Position numbers and translations under genes: made by a program. Source: Macrostomum lignano (taxonomy: Eukaryota). From it: 64,000 bases of DNA. The stretch lies in NCBI GenBank assembly GCA_002269645.1, contig NIVC01003024.1:24721-88720 (forward strand). The letters run 5' to 3'. Under the pieces are notes generated by a model, which saw only the letters and a program-made list of their open reading frames with translations, had not been told where the DNA came from and searched no databases. Each line of letters starts with the position of its first letter. Position 1 is the first letter of the stretch. Below are positions 23,188 to 34,193 of this stretch, piece by piece.

Positions 23188-25575
23188 ATGCAGAGCCGCT
23201 ACGCAGTTATCATAGCAGTTCTGCTGCTTAAGTCTGTCCGGTTAGACGCTCGAAAGCATGACCGACATGCGAAGAGCGCAGTTCAGATGCTTCGATTCGA
23301 CTATACAGCTCCATTGAACTCAAACTTTTCGGGCAGTGTGTCGCAAAACGTCTCGCGGCAGTACGTATTTACCTGGTCCAACAGCAGTTCGGAACTGACG
23401 CCATTTCGACTGTACTTGTCTGCACCCAATGCGCGAACGCGAAGTTGGCCATTGGTGGCTGTGGCCAACCAAGGGGGCTCCGTGCTAACGTTGACGCTTC
23501 CGTTTCTCTTCACCCAGCACTCTGAGGGCGGCAAACCGCACGAAGGTGCACCGGAGCACTACGGCAGCATAACGCGAACCGTGTGCCCGCCACAACTAGT
23601 CAGGTCAGACAACGTGGGAATGACTAACGAGGCCATCGTTGAGCTGAGCACGTCATCTCTGGACCCAATAGAGTTTACCATATCGGCAACTTTAGTGCAA
23701 GACTTTGCCCTGACAGTTGGCAGTTCCCAGCTAGTGCAGCTGCAGCCCTCCGCTCCGCAGTATTACTTCTTCAACTTCAGCGACAACGAATCGCAGCTGA
23801 ATGGAGCAAAAGCGGTGCGGGTTGTCGCCCAGTCTGACCCCAACAGCGAGGACTCCAGGGCTTGCATGACTTTGGCCATTCACAGCGGGCATTGTCCAGT
23901 TGGTGACGAGCCCGAGAATGTGGACCACACGGGCCTGTTTCAGACAGTTCTCAGCTTGGGAGACATTTACGTTTCCAGGGCGGAGTATCCAACGTTTTTT
24001 GTAGTGCTACTCAGCCATCCAAGTACGGAAAAGTGTGACGGAAATTTTGACACGTCTTCTGCAGAAGAAGGCCTTCCGTTCTATAATTTCACAAAGCATA
24101 TCAAACTAAAACTCATTTCCGCACCAGAGCCAAATGCGTTGCTACTCTTAGGAGTTGTCTTCGTCCTGCTAGTAGCCAGCACTGCCGTAGTCCTAGCGGC
24201 TGTCTGCGCTTTCAAAAGGTTCCCGCCGCAGTTGAACGGTGAGCAGCAAGGTGCAGAAGAGGACCCGGATTTTGACTCGGATGCGGAACCGTTGATTGGC
24301 TCTCGTATGTCCGTGGCTCTGCTCAACAAAAGGTCAGCAGATCGGCATGCCTATTTCCTGCAGCTGTTCGTCATCAGCGTATTCTATTGTCTGCCAGCCG
24401 TGCAACTCATGTGGGTGCTCAGCAACAATATTTACAATGGGGGCAACTTGGACAAGTGCTTCTACAACTATGCCTGCAGTGTGAAGCTCAGAGTGACTTA
24501 TAATTTTACAATCTATTCGTTCAACAACGTATTTTCGAACATTGGCTATCTGGCAGCCGGAGCAACATTCATTCTCGTGTGCAGGGCAAAGAAGAAGCGC
24601 TACGAGAACTGCCGGACCGGAGTTCCCGACTGCTACGGCCTGTACTACGCCTGCGGTGCGGCCATCTTCATGGAGGGCGTCATGTCCGCTACGTACCATC
24701 TCTGTCCCAGTTACTACAACTTCCAGTACGACACCGCATTTATGCTGATGATCGCTGGACTGCTGACTCTGCTGATCTACAGCAAGCGGCACCCGGACGC
24801 CAACGTCACCGCTCAGGTTGCTTATCTTGCACTCGGCGCTTTCATTCTAGCCAACACTCTGGGCATTCTGCTGGCTCAATATCCAGCCAGTGCCAGGGTC
24901 GTCTACCTGTGCTTGGCCGTGGTGCACATTTTACTTGTTGTCAAGCTTACCTGCCAGGTATACTACCTTGGCGAAGTATCCATCCGTCAAGCCATAAGCT
25001 ACTTATTTACTCGTTCAGGTCCAACAAATTTTCCCTACCCGTCAGACAGCAGGCCAACGGGATACTTCGGATGGTGCTGCAGGCAGCTGAGGTATCCGAA
25101 AACGCTGGCCTTCTTAGCTGTCGGTGTCGCACTCAATTTGATCGCAATCTGCCTCTACGTTGCGCATGGCTTCGGAATGCTCAATAGTTTGATGCCGTTT
25201 AAATTTGCCGAAATCTTCTTGTTTGTAATGATCATGAACTTCCTATTGTACCTGGCCTTCTATCTAATTGTGAAAGTGTGCACCGCCAGGCGCAGCGAGT
25301 GGCGCAGCGTCGGCTTCGTGCTGCTCCTGGTTCTGGCGTCCGCAGTGCTCAGCGGCTTCGCTCTTCATTTCTTTGTCAACTCGCCAACTGATTGGACGCA
25401 GAGCCCGGCGAACTCGCGTGTCCTCAACACCGAGTGCATCCTGTTCGACGCGTTCGACAAGCACGATGTGTGGCACTTTCTGAGCGCCTGCGCCCTGTTC
25501 TGCGTGCTGATGCTTATCTTCTGCGTCGATATGAATGACAGGGGCAAACAGCGCGATCGTCTGCCGGTGTTCTAG
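23188..25575 (+). CDS. SID1: SID-1 transmembrane family protein (SIDT-like), 795 aa, intronless
   Basis: Signal peptide, a large N-glycosylated ectodomain and a multi-TM C-terminal half. Family motifs CFYNYACS, FNNVFSNIGY, SATYHLCPSYYNFQYDTAFM, KRHPD and SPANSRVLNTECILFDAFDKHDVWHFLSA are present. Confidence 0.93.
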   Translation: MQSRYAVIIAVLLLKSVRLDARKHDRHAKSAVQMLRFDYTAPLNSNFSGSVSQNVSRQYVFTWSNSSSELTPFRLYLSAPNARTRSWPLVAVANQGGSVLTLTLPFLFTQHSEGGKPHEGAPEHYGSITRTVCPPQLVRSDNVGMTNEAIVELSTSSLDPIEFTISATLVQDFALTVGSSQLVQLQPSAPQYYFFNFSDNESQLNGAKAVRVVAQSDPNSEDSRACMTLAIHSGHCPVGDEPENVDHTGLFQTVLSLGDIYVSRAEYPTFFVVLLSHPSTEKCDGNFDTSSAEEGLPFYNFTKHIKLKLISAPEPNALLLLGVVFVLLVASTAVVLAAVCAFKRFPPQLNGEQQGAEEDPDFDSDAEPLIGSRMSVALLNKRSADRHAYFLQLFVISVFYCLPAVQLMWVLSNNIYNGGNLDKCFYNYACSVKLRVTYNFTIYSFNNVFSNIGYLAAGATFILVCRAKKKRYENCRTGVPDCYGLYYACGAAIFMEGVMSATYHLCPSYYNFQYDTAFMLMIAGLLTLLIYSKRHPDANVTAQVAYLALGAFILANTLGILLAQYPASARVVYLCLAVVHILLVVKLTCQVYYLGEVSIRQAISYLFTRSGPTNFPYPSDSRPTGYFGWCCRQLRYPKTLAFLAVGVALNLIAICLYVAHGFGMLNSLMPFKFAEIFLFVMIMNFLLYLAFYLIVKVCTARRSEWRSVGFVLLLVLASAVLSGFALHFFVNSPTDWTQSPANSRVLNTECILFDAFDKHDVWHFLSACALFCVLMLIFCVDMNDRGKQRDRLPVF

Positions 25576-27189
25576 CTGGGCTCCAACTGTCGCATCGCTT
25601 CATTCAGACTCTCTGGTTGAAAGGTTGAACTTAGATAGAAAACTGGTGCGAGTTTGAATGGAACCATGATAGTAAAACAATGCTTAACACAGTCTGCAAT
25701 CGCACGCTCACTAAAAATGCTTCTTACCTGCATGTCAATAAGAACTTCTGAAGCCGACAGAAAGGAACAAATTCTCGTTGACGGATCTTAATCTATTATG
25801 GAGACGTGATTACTGTATATTATTTAAAAATGTTCTGGATTAATTTTTTTTAAATTTCTTCCCGTTTTAGAAGTGAAACTCTATTAGGATTTACATGTAC
25901 TGATCCTAATCGCGTCGTTCAAGCCCCCTTTCCTGTAGGTCTTAGTTAGGATAAATGCATATTTAGCTATCGATTTGCACATTGCTTGTCTAAGTGCAAC
26001 TATCAGTATATGGTGTGTTTTACGAAGCCACTGCGAGCTGACAACTCTCTCCCAACTATACATGTAATGCACTAATGCTTCTAATTTGAAAAGTTTAAAG
26101 TAGGTGTTGCGATGAAACTTTATTAGCAAACTGAGTTTAAGAAGTATTTGTTTTTGTCGAGTAATATAAAATGTAAGACGGGGGACAACTCATTTTTATT
26201 TGAATCTGAGTGCAAGATTGATTGTGTCTATGGCAGAAACTCACATGATAGTTTGTGTCGATGGCAGCAAGCTACATGACCGATTGTGTCTATGGCAGCA
26301 AGCCACATGACTGATTGTGTCTATGGCAGCAAGCCACATGACTGATTGTGTCGATGGCAGCAAGCCACATGACTGATTGTGTCTATGGCAGCAAGCCACA
26401 TGACTGATTGTGTCTATGGCAGAAAGCCACATGACTGATTGTGTCGATGGCAGCAAGCCACATTATTGATTGTGTCTATGGCAGCAAGCCACATTATTGA
26501 TTGTGTCTATGGCAGCAAGCCACATGACCGATTGTGTCTATGGCAGCAAGCTACATGACCGATTGTGTCGATGGCAGCAAGCCACATGACTGATTGTGTC
26601 TATGGCAGCAAGCCACATGACTGATTGTGTCGATGGCAGCAAGCCACATGACTGATTGTGTCTATGGCAGCAAGCCACATGATTGATTGTGTCAATGGCA
26701 GCAAGCCACATGACTGATTGTGTCAATGGCAGCAAGCCACATGACTGATTGTGTCTATGGCAGCAAGCCACATGACTGATTGTGTCAATGGCAGCAAGCT
26801 ACATGACTGATTGTGTCAATGGTAGCAAGCCACATGACTGATTGTGTCTATGGCAGCAAGCCACATGACTGATTGTGTCTATGGCAGCAAGCCACATGAC
26901 TGATTGTGTCAATGGCAGCAAGCTACATGACTGATTGTGTCAATGGTAGCAAGCCACATGACTGATTGTGTCAATGGTAGCAAGCCACATGACTGATTGT
27001 GTCTATGGCAGCAAGCCACATGACTGATTGTGTCGATGGCAGCAAGCCACATGACTGATTGTGTCTATGGCAGCAAGCTACATGACTGATAGTGTCAATG
27101 GCAGCAAGCTACATGACTGATTGTGTCAATGGCAGCAAGCCACATGACTGATTGTGTCTATGGCAGCAAGCTACATGACTGATTGTGTC

Positions 27190-30100
27190 TGTGACATAGT
27201 GACACGATGAACTTTGCTTTAGGTTGCATGCACTGTAGTGTTGACTCACTAGCAGTGGAGTTGTTATTGATCGGCTTAGAGATTGTATTTTATTCCACCC
27301 CACCCCATGCGCGCGTTTGAATCTGTCTGCACCCACCACCTCAGTGCTAAATAATAAATGTGAACAGCCTAGCTCTCAAGCGAGCACCTTTTACTCACTC
27401 CTGCAATTCCACACTTCTGTCTCGCTTAACAAAGTTATCACAATGGCGACGGGTCTGCCCACGCTGGGCCAACTGCTACCATCTACAAACATCGAGATCT
27501 TCCTAGAGCGTCTCGAGCAGTACTTCATCTGCAAGGAGGTGAAGGATGAGGCAAAAGTGGCAACTCTGATCACGTCGATTGGAGAGGAGGCTTACATCAC
27601 ACTGCGGAGTCTGTGCCAGCCGGTCCAAGTGGCGCAGAAGTCTTACGCTGACTTGAAGAAGCTGCTGACAACGCACTTCGCACCCAAGCCTTCGGAGCTA
27701 GCTGCGAGGTTCCGTTTCCAACAACGAACTCAGCAAGCAGGCGAGAGCTTCACGGCATTCATCGCGGGGCTCCAGGCTCTGTCAGCTGACTGCAACTTCG
27801 GTGAGTCGCTAAATGAGCGGCTCCGAGACCAACTCGTGTTCGGCCTTCGAAGCGACGCCTATCGAGCCAAGCTGCTGGAAGTCGTTGAGCCGACTTTTGA
27901 ATCCCTGCAAACAAAGGCTATGTCGCTGGAGTCTGCAGAGCGTTCGTCCCTGGAGATGTCACAAAGGGCATCGGAGTCTGTTGCCAATCTGCAATTTGTC
28001 AGCAAGAGAGGTAGCCGCAAGCAGGTGACACCTTCAGCGCACCACAGAGGGCATCGGGTCAGCGGCAGCGACAACGGCGGCAGCGGCAACGGCGGCAGCG
28101 GCAACGGCAGCGGCAATGGCAGCGGCAACGGTGGCGGTGGCAGCTCATGCAAAAGCTGTGGCGGTTCCCACGAGCGTCATTCATGCAAGTTCAGGGACGC
28201 CAAGTGCCATGCATGCGGCAAGGTCGGCCATATCCGCAAGGTCTGCCAGTCCACCAAGCAGGCCAAGCTACACATGTTACAAGAGGTGCGGATGGCACCT
28301 ACTGTCGAAGGCGCGTGTGACACCCAGGTGCCCATCTTCGCAGTCCGACCAACAGGCAGCAACGCTGGACCGACAGTCATGCTGCTCGTCAACGGACAGG
28401 AATGCCAGTTTGTCATCGACACCGGCTCTGCAGTCACGCTGATGCCGCAGCAGCTGCAGCAGAAGTTGCTTCCTCAGCTACAACTGGCTCCATCGGCCGC
28501 AGTTCTGCGAACCTTCACCAATGAACGCTTTCATCCGCGAGGCCAAGCCACAGTCTGCGTCCAGCACAACGCCCAGCAGCTACAGCTACCGCTGCTTGTA
28601 GTCGACAAAGGAGACACGGCACTGCTGGGACGAGACTGGCTGGCTCACCTTCGGCTGGACTGGCCGAAAATTATGGCCCAGGTGCACGCCGTGTCGACCG
28701 ATAGCGACATCAGCGACCTGCATGAGAGATTTGCTGCGGTGTTCGAGGACCGACTTGGCGAATATCGACACGGTAAAGTGCGGCTCAACGTCGTCGACGG
28801 TGCCCAACCTCGGTTCTTTAAAGCCCGCCCGGTTCCGTATGCACTACGAGAGCGCGTGGACGAGGAGCTGCAGAGACTGGAGGCCAACGGCATCATTTCG
28901 GCGGTTAAGCACAGCGATTGGGCCTCTCCGATCGTTCCGGTGGTCAAGAAGGATGGCGGCGTCAGGATTTGCGGTGATTATACGCAAACTTTCAACCCGG
29001 CGTGCCTGACCGAACAGTACCCTCTACCCAAGATCGAGGACCTGTTTGCCAAGCTGGGAGGCGGCTGCAAGTGGACAAAACTCGATCTGTCCAATGCCTT
29101 CCTGCAGCTTCCGCTCGCCGAAGACAGCAAAGCCTTCGTCACGATCAACACGCCGAAGGGACTCTACCAGTTCAATCGCATGCCTTTTGGGATCAAGTGC
29201 GCCACTGCGATCTTCCAACAGACACTGGACACTCTGCTAGGAGATCTCGACTCTGTCCAGGTGTTTGTCGATGACATCCTGGTCACCGGCAAGACGATGC
29301 ACCAACATAAGAAAAACCTGGAAGAAGTTCTGCAGCGCCTTCTTGATTCGGGACTCAGGCTGAACAAGCAAAAGAGCCAGTTCTTCATGGACTCAGTCGA
29401 GTATTTGGGTTACCGCATTGACGCATGTGGACTCAGCCCGCTGACGGACAGGGTGGCCGCAATTCAAGACGCCCCAGCGCCGAAGGATATCAGCCAGCTG
29501 CGCTCGTTCCTCGGCATGCTGACTCAGTACGGCCGGTTCCTGCCTAACCTGTCCACCGTAGTGGCGCCGCTCAATCAGCTGCTGGCCAAGGACGTTCGTT
29601 GGACGTGGGACAAGCCGCAGCAAACCGCCTTCAGCGAAGCTAAGCGTCTGCTGCTCCATTCACCTGTGCTGGTGCATTACAATCCGGATCTGCCGCTGCG
29701 GCTCGAGTGTGACGCTTCACCATACGGAGTGGGTGTGGTGTTGTCCCATCGCATCGGCAACAAAGACTGCGCAGTGGCATTCGCTAGCCGCACCCTGAAC
29801 GCAGCACAGCGGGGCTACTCGCAGCTCGACAAGGAAGCGCTGGCCATAATGTTCGGGCTGCACCGCTTCCATCAATTCCTCTACGGCCGGAGATTCACGA
29901 TAGTCACTGATCACCTGCCGCTACTCGGGCTACTGGGCGAGTGGAAAGGCATCCCGGCACACGCTGCAGCCCGCATGCAGCGGTGGGCGATCCGGCTGGC
30001 GAGCTATGACTATGCGCTCGAGTTTCGGCCGACGGAGAAGCACGCCAACTGCGACTCGCTGTCCCGGCTGCCATTGCCGCAGCAGTTCGAGGAGGAGACA

Positions 30101-31674
30101 GCGGTTAACTCGCTGCTGATCGACGAGGGCGCAGGTTCGGCCGCCACTGCAGCGACGGTGGCGCGGCTCACCAGGACGGATGCGGTGCTAGGGCGCGTGC
30201 TGCGCTGTCTGCAGACGGGTTCGACCATCTGCGCCGACCTGACCGACTTCGCCAGGCGCCAGAGCGAGCTGTCCATTGACCAGGGCTGCGTGCTGTGGGG
30301 CGCTCGAGTTGTGGTGCCAGCCGCCTTGCGACAACAAGTGTTGAACGAGCTGCACCAAGCCCACCCTGGCATCAGCCGCATGCGCGCCCTCGCGAGAAGC
30401 TACGTCTGGTGGCCAAGTATCGACAAAGACTTGGAAGCCACAGTAAAAGCCTGTCGCACCTGCCAGCTCAATCAGGCGGATCCATCCAAGGCCCCGGTGC
30501 AGCCCTGGCCATTCCCGACTGAGCCATGGGAGCGGTTGCACATCGACTACGCGGGACCTGTGGACGGCCGCACTTACCTGGTCCTGGTCGACGCGCACAG
30601 TAAGTGGCCAGAGGTGCACAGGATGAGCGGCACCACTGCAACTGCGACGATCAGCTGTCTGCGAGAAATCTTCGCTCGTCTCGGCCTACCGAGAACCTTG
30701 GTGTCGGACAACGGGCCTCAATTCGCTTCGGCCGAGTTCGCTGAGTTCGTCAGTTCCAACGGCATCCGGCACATCTTCTCGGCGCCATTCCACCCGGCGA
30801 CCAACGGCCAGGCCGAGCGCTTCGTCCAGGTGCTGAAGCGGCATCTGAGTAAGTGCGGTCACTCCGACGCGCAACTTCAACGACTGCTGATGGCCTACCG
30901 CAACACTCCGCACAGCGTCAGTGGCACCGCGCCGAGTCAGCTGCTCATTGGCCGCCGGCTGCGCAGCCGGCTGGACCTCCTGACACCATCGTTGACTTCG
31001 GCCATGCAACAGCGACAGCAGCATCAGTTTCAGCAGCAGCGGCCAGCGCGCCAGTTCCAGCCTGGAGATCGTGTGCTCTACCGTGATTTCAGCACTGCTG
31101 CTCGTGCAGGAGAAAGCAGCCGCTGGGCCGAAGGTGTCATCGTCAATGCCGGCACTCGCAACTGCACAGTCGATTCCGGGCGCGGCGTACAAGCGCGACA
31201 CGCTGACCAGCTGCTAGCGGCTTCTGCTGGGCTGGCCGAGTCGAACAGCAGCACAACCCCGGCCGAGGACTGCGCGGCACCTGACGTTGGCGGCACGTCT
31301 ACCTCGCCGCAGGCAGATACGGCTGACTCTGCTAACGAGGCACCCCGGCGCTACCCAGATCGAGTTCGAGCACCACCTGACAGATTGATGCTGCAGTGAG
31401 GGCGTTAACTTAGGGGGGAGATGTGACATAGTGACACGATGAACTTTGCTTTAGGTTGCATGCACTGTAGTGTTGACTCACTAGCAGTGGAGTTGTTATT
31501 GATCGGCTTAGAGATTGTATTTTATTCCACCCCACCCCATGCGCGCGTTTGAATCTGTCTGCACCCACCACCTCAGTGCTAAATAATAAATGTGAACAGC
31601 CTAGCTCTCAAGCGAGCACCTTTTACTCACTCCTGCAATTCCACACTTCTGTCTCGCTTAACAAAGTTATCACA
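27190..31674 (+). mobile_element. Full-length intact Ty3/gypsy LTR retrotransposon (probably Mag-type)
   Basis: 253-bp LTRs at 27190-27442 and 31422-31674 (TG...CA), with no difference seen by eye. PBS TGGCGACG at 27444; PPT AGGGGGGAGA before 31422; imperfect TSD GTGTC/TTGTC. Confidence 0.97.
27443..31399 (+). CDS. Single-ORF Gag-Pol polyprotein (1318 aa)
   Basis: Two Cys/His knuckles (CKSCGGSHERHSC, CHACGKVGHIRKVC), protease VIDTGSA, RT FVDDIL, RNase H ECDASPYG, integrase HHCC and core (HIDYAG, VSDNGPQF, NGQAERF), in gypsy order. Confidence 0.96.
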   Translation: MATGLPTLGQLLPSTNIEIFLERLEQYFICKEVKDEAKVATLITSIGEEAYITLRSLCQPVQVAQKSYADLKKLLTTHFAPKPSELAARFRFQQRTQQAGESFTAFIAGLQALSADCNFGESLNERLRDQLVFGLRSDAYRAKLLEVVEPTFESLQTKAMSLESAERSSLEMSQRASESVANLQFVSKRGSRKQVTPSAHHRGHRVSGSDNGGSGNGGSGNGSGNGSGNGGGGSSCKSCGGSHERHSCKFRDAKCHACGKVGHIRKVCQSTKQAKLHMLQEVRMAPTVEGACDTQVPIFAVRPTGSNAGPTVMLLVNGQECQFVIDTGSAVTLMPQQLQQKLLPQLQLAPSAAVLRTFTNERFHPRGQATVCVQHNAQQLQLPLLVVDKGDTALLGRDWLAHLRLDWPKIMAQVHAVSTDSDISDLHERFAAVFEDRLGEYRHGKVRLNVVDGAQPRFFKARPVPYALRERVDEELQRLEANGIISAVKHSDWASPIVPVVKKDGGVRICGDYTQTFNPACLTEQYPLPKIEDLFAKLGGGCKWTKLDLSNAFLQLPLAEDSKAFVTINTPKGLYQFNRMPFGIKCATAIFQQTLDTLLGDLDSVQVFVDDILVTGKTMHQHKKNLEEVLQRLLDSGLRLNKQKSQFFMDSVEYLGYRIDACGLSPLTDRVAAIQDAPAPKDISQLRSFLGMLTQYGRFLPNLSTVVAPLNQLLAKDVRWTWDKPQQTAFSEAKRLLLHSPVLVHYNPDLPLRLECDASPYGVGVVLSHRIGNKDCAVAFASRTLNAAQRGYSQLDKEALAIMFGLHRFHQFLYGRRFTIVTDHLPLLGLLGEWKGIPAHAAARMQRWAIRLASYDYALEFRPTEKHANCDSLSRLPLPQQFEEETAVNSLLIDEGAGSAATAATVARLTRTDAVLGRVLRCLQTGSTICADLTDFARRQSELSIDQGCVLWGARVVVPAALRQQVLNELHQAHPGISRMRALARSYVWWPSIDKDLEATVKACRTCQLNQADPSKAPVQPWPFPTEPWERLHIDYAGPVDGRTYLVLVDAHSKWPEVHRMSGTTATATISCLREIFARLGLPRTLVSDNGPQFASAEFAEFVSSNGIRHIFSAPFHPATNGQAERFVQVLKRHLSKCGHSDAQLQRLLMAYRNTPHSVSGTAPSQLLIGRRLRSRLDLLTPSLTSAMQQRQQHQFQQQRPARQFQPGDRVLYRDFSTAARAGESSRWAEGVIVNAGTRNCTVDSGRGVQARHADQLLAASAGLAESNSSTTPAEDCAAPDVGGTSTSPQADTADSANEAPRRYPDRVRAPPDRLMLQ

Positions 31675-32502
31675 TTGTCAATGGCAGCAAGCTACATGAC
31701 TGATTGTGTCAAAGGCATGCAAGTTACATGACTGATTGTGTCAATGGCAGCAAGCTACATGACTGATTGTGTCTATGGCAGCAAGCCACATGACTGATTG
31801 TGTCTATGGCAGCAAGCCACATGACTGATTGTGTCTATGGCAGAAACTCACATGATAGTTTGTGTCGATGGCAGCAAGCCACATGACTGATTGTGTCTAT
31901 GGCAGAAACTCACATGATAGTTTGTGTCTATGGCAGCAAGCCAACATGACTGATTGTGTCTATGACAGCAAGCCACATTACTGATTGTGTCAATGGCAGC
32001 AAGCCACATGATAGTTTGTGTCGATGGCAGCAAGCCACATGACTGATTGTGTGTATGGCAGCAAGCCACATGACTGATTGTGTCTATGACAGCAAGCCAC
32101 ATGACTGATTGTGTCTATGGCAGAAACTCACATGATAGTTTGTGTCTATGGCAGCAAGCCACATGACTGATTGTGTCTATGGCAGCAAGCCACATGATAG
32201 TTTGTGTCTATGGCAGCAAGCCAACATGACTGATTGTGTCTATGGCAGCAAGCCACATGACTGATTGTGTCAATGGCAGGAAGCTACATGACTGATTGTG
32301 TCAATGGCAGCAAGCCACATGATAGTTTGTGTCTATGGCAGCAAGCCACATGACTGATTGTGTCTATGGCAGCAAGCCACATTATTGATTGTGTCAATGG
32401 CAGCAAGCCACATTATTGATTGTGTCTATGGCAGCAAGCCACATGACTGATTGTGTCAATGGCAGCAAGCCACATGACTGATTGTGTCTATAGAAGCAAG
32501 CC

Positions 32503-34193
32503 CAAGGACTACTTAACAACTCAGGACGCTACACTCGCGAATGGTAGAAATTCTAGAAAAGGCCGCTTGCTTTAGCTGTGTCTATGGCAATGAAGCCTTT
32601 TCACTAACATTCTTTCATATTCTCAATGCTGGTTCAGACCAGCACTGCTGGTTTGTAGCAATAATTTTTTCGTCTAAAATCTTGATAAATAGCAACACTC
32701 TTTTTCATCAAAATGCCAATGAAGTGCTGCATCCCTGGATGCAGAAGCAATTATAAGAGCGGTGAAAAATGCACTGTTTTTGGCTTTCCAAAGGAAGAAG
32801 CTGAAGCTGAGGCATGGCTCAATGCGTTGTCTGTGCAAGTTAAGGTAATTTATGTAGCCTTTTGATCCTAATTTTTCGTTTCTACTATAAAGATACTTAT
32901 ATTAACTGAATTGTGATGATCATTCCATTCTATCTGTAGAAGGCTAGCATCTACATGGGAGTCTGCAAAAATCACTGGCCTAAAAATGCACCACTGAAAC
33001 GAATTAACCGCCATACACGCCCTATCGACCCACCCTCAATCTTTAAAGATTTTTCATTGACTTCCCTGCGTCAGACTGTCTCAAGTAAGTATGAATGGTT
33101 GTGTACTTTGTTTACTTACTAAGTTGTATCAGCCTGTTTCAAATATTTTAGGACGCTCTAGAGATGCTGGTCGGCGAGGCGTGCTGTTAGTCGACAGAGC
33201 TAGGGCCCCTGATGAATTGACTGCCTTCAATGCTGTCGACAGAATTGTCTCGTGGGCACTATTCATTACGTCAGCTTTGAGCCTGGATTTTGTTACCTCC
33301 GGAGGCTGGGTTGTTCAATGTCAGGATTTGCGAGTCGCATTGTTGAGTCCTCCGTTCGAGTTAAGAGCGATTTCACAGTCTTGGCGTATCGGCGCGATGT
33401 GCTTGTAAAAATTTCCGACATATTAGGTTTTCAGCACAGGCTGCAGCGCTACAGTCAGCTGGAAGCAATTGCTACGTTTCACACAAAGAAAATTTGCCTG
33501 ATCGAACAATTGCAACAAGTTTGCCTGGTCTGGATACTTCCGCTACTTGTAGTGAGTTCACTACGCTTGTATCTCGAGGGAAACTGAGCCATCCGCCTGA
33601 ATGGTTAGTTGTCTTTGCCTGCTTCTGTTATGCCCATTCTCTTGGTTCTGGGCAGCGTTGTGTTAGCAGTTCCGTGCTTGTATTTGAGAAAATCTTCAAA
33701 AAATTTTGATGTTCAACTGGACCGAGATCTGCTGCGTGGAGTGTCTCGAAGACTGGCCAACTCCATCTATAAAGGCATGGTGCGCAGAGATTCCGAGACG
33801 TCCAGACAATCAACCACCGTTTGCTCTCGCCGACTCCGCAAACTGAAGCCTAGCTGAATGTTTATTTCAAACACCTGTATATTTTTAAACTTTGATATAG
33901 CCATCTATGTTTTCCTTATACAGTTATGTCCGGCGTTTTCCGGTTCGTTGCATATCGTACTTTTCAATTGTCGTTTACAATTCTTATGCTGGGAATATTT
34001 GCATATATTTATTGTTTGTACAACTGTAAAAATAATTATTATAGCGCAAAACTTTTATAATTATCTATCACTTAGTACTTGCTTCTTTATCCAAAAGGCT
34101 TATTAAAAAAACATAGACAGCCAAATTAAGCGGCCTTTTCTAGAATCTCTACCATTCGCGAGTGTAGCGTCCTGAGTTGTTAAGTAGTCTTTT
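32503..34193 (+). mobile_element. P-superfamily-like DNA transposon, internally deleted (1.7 kb)
   Basis: TIRs 32503-32568 and 34128-34193 match at 63/66 nt. 8-bp TSD AGCAAGCC. The element encodes a spliced THAP domain. Confidence 0.85.
32713..33408 (+). CDS. Spliced THAP-domain protein (truncated P-like transposase N-terminus)
   Basis: Exons 32713-32844, 32940-33084 and 33152 onward, GT-AG and phase-consistent: MPMKCCIPGCRSNY...VFGFPKEE...WLNAL...VCKNHW...PPSIF (THAP C2CH). The frame closes at 33408; transposase-like remnants continue to about 33857. Confidence 0.75.

Noticed and set aside
27317-27442. N-terminal extension of Gag-Pol in the ORF track
   Set aside because: It starts at a TTG inside the LTR; the first ATG is at 27443.
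28177-31296. Antisense and alternate-frame ORFs within gag-pol, SID-1, PARP and EnSpm ORF2
   Set aside because: Shadow ORFs expected in GC-rich coding sequence; no motifs.
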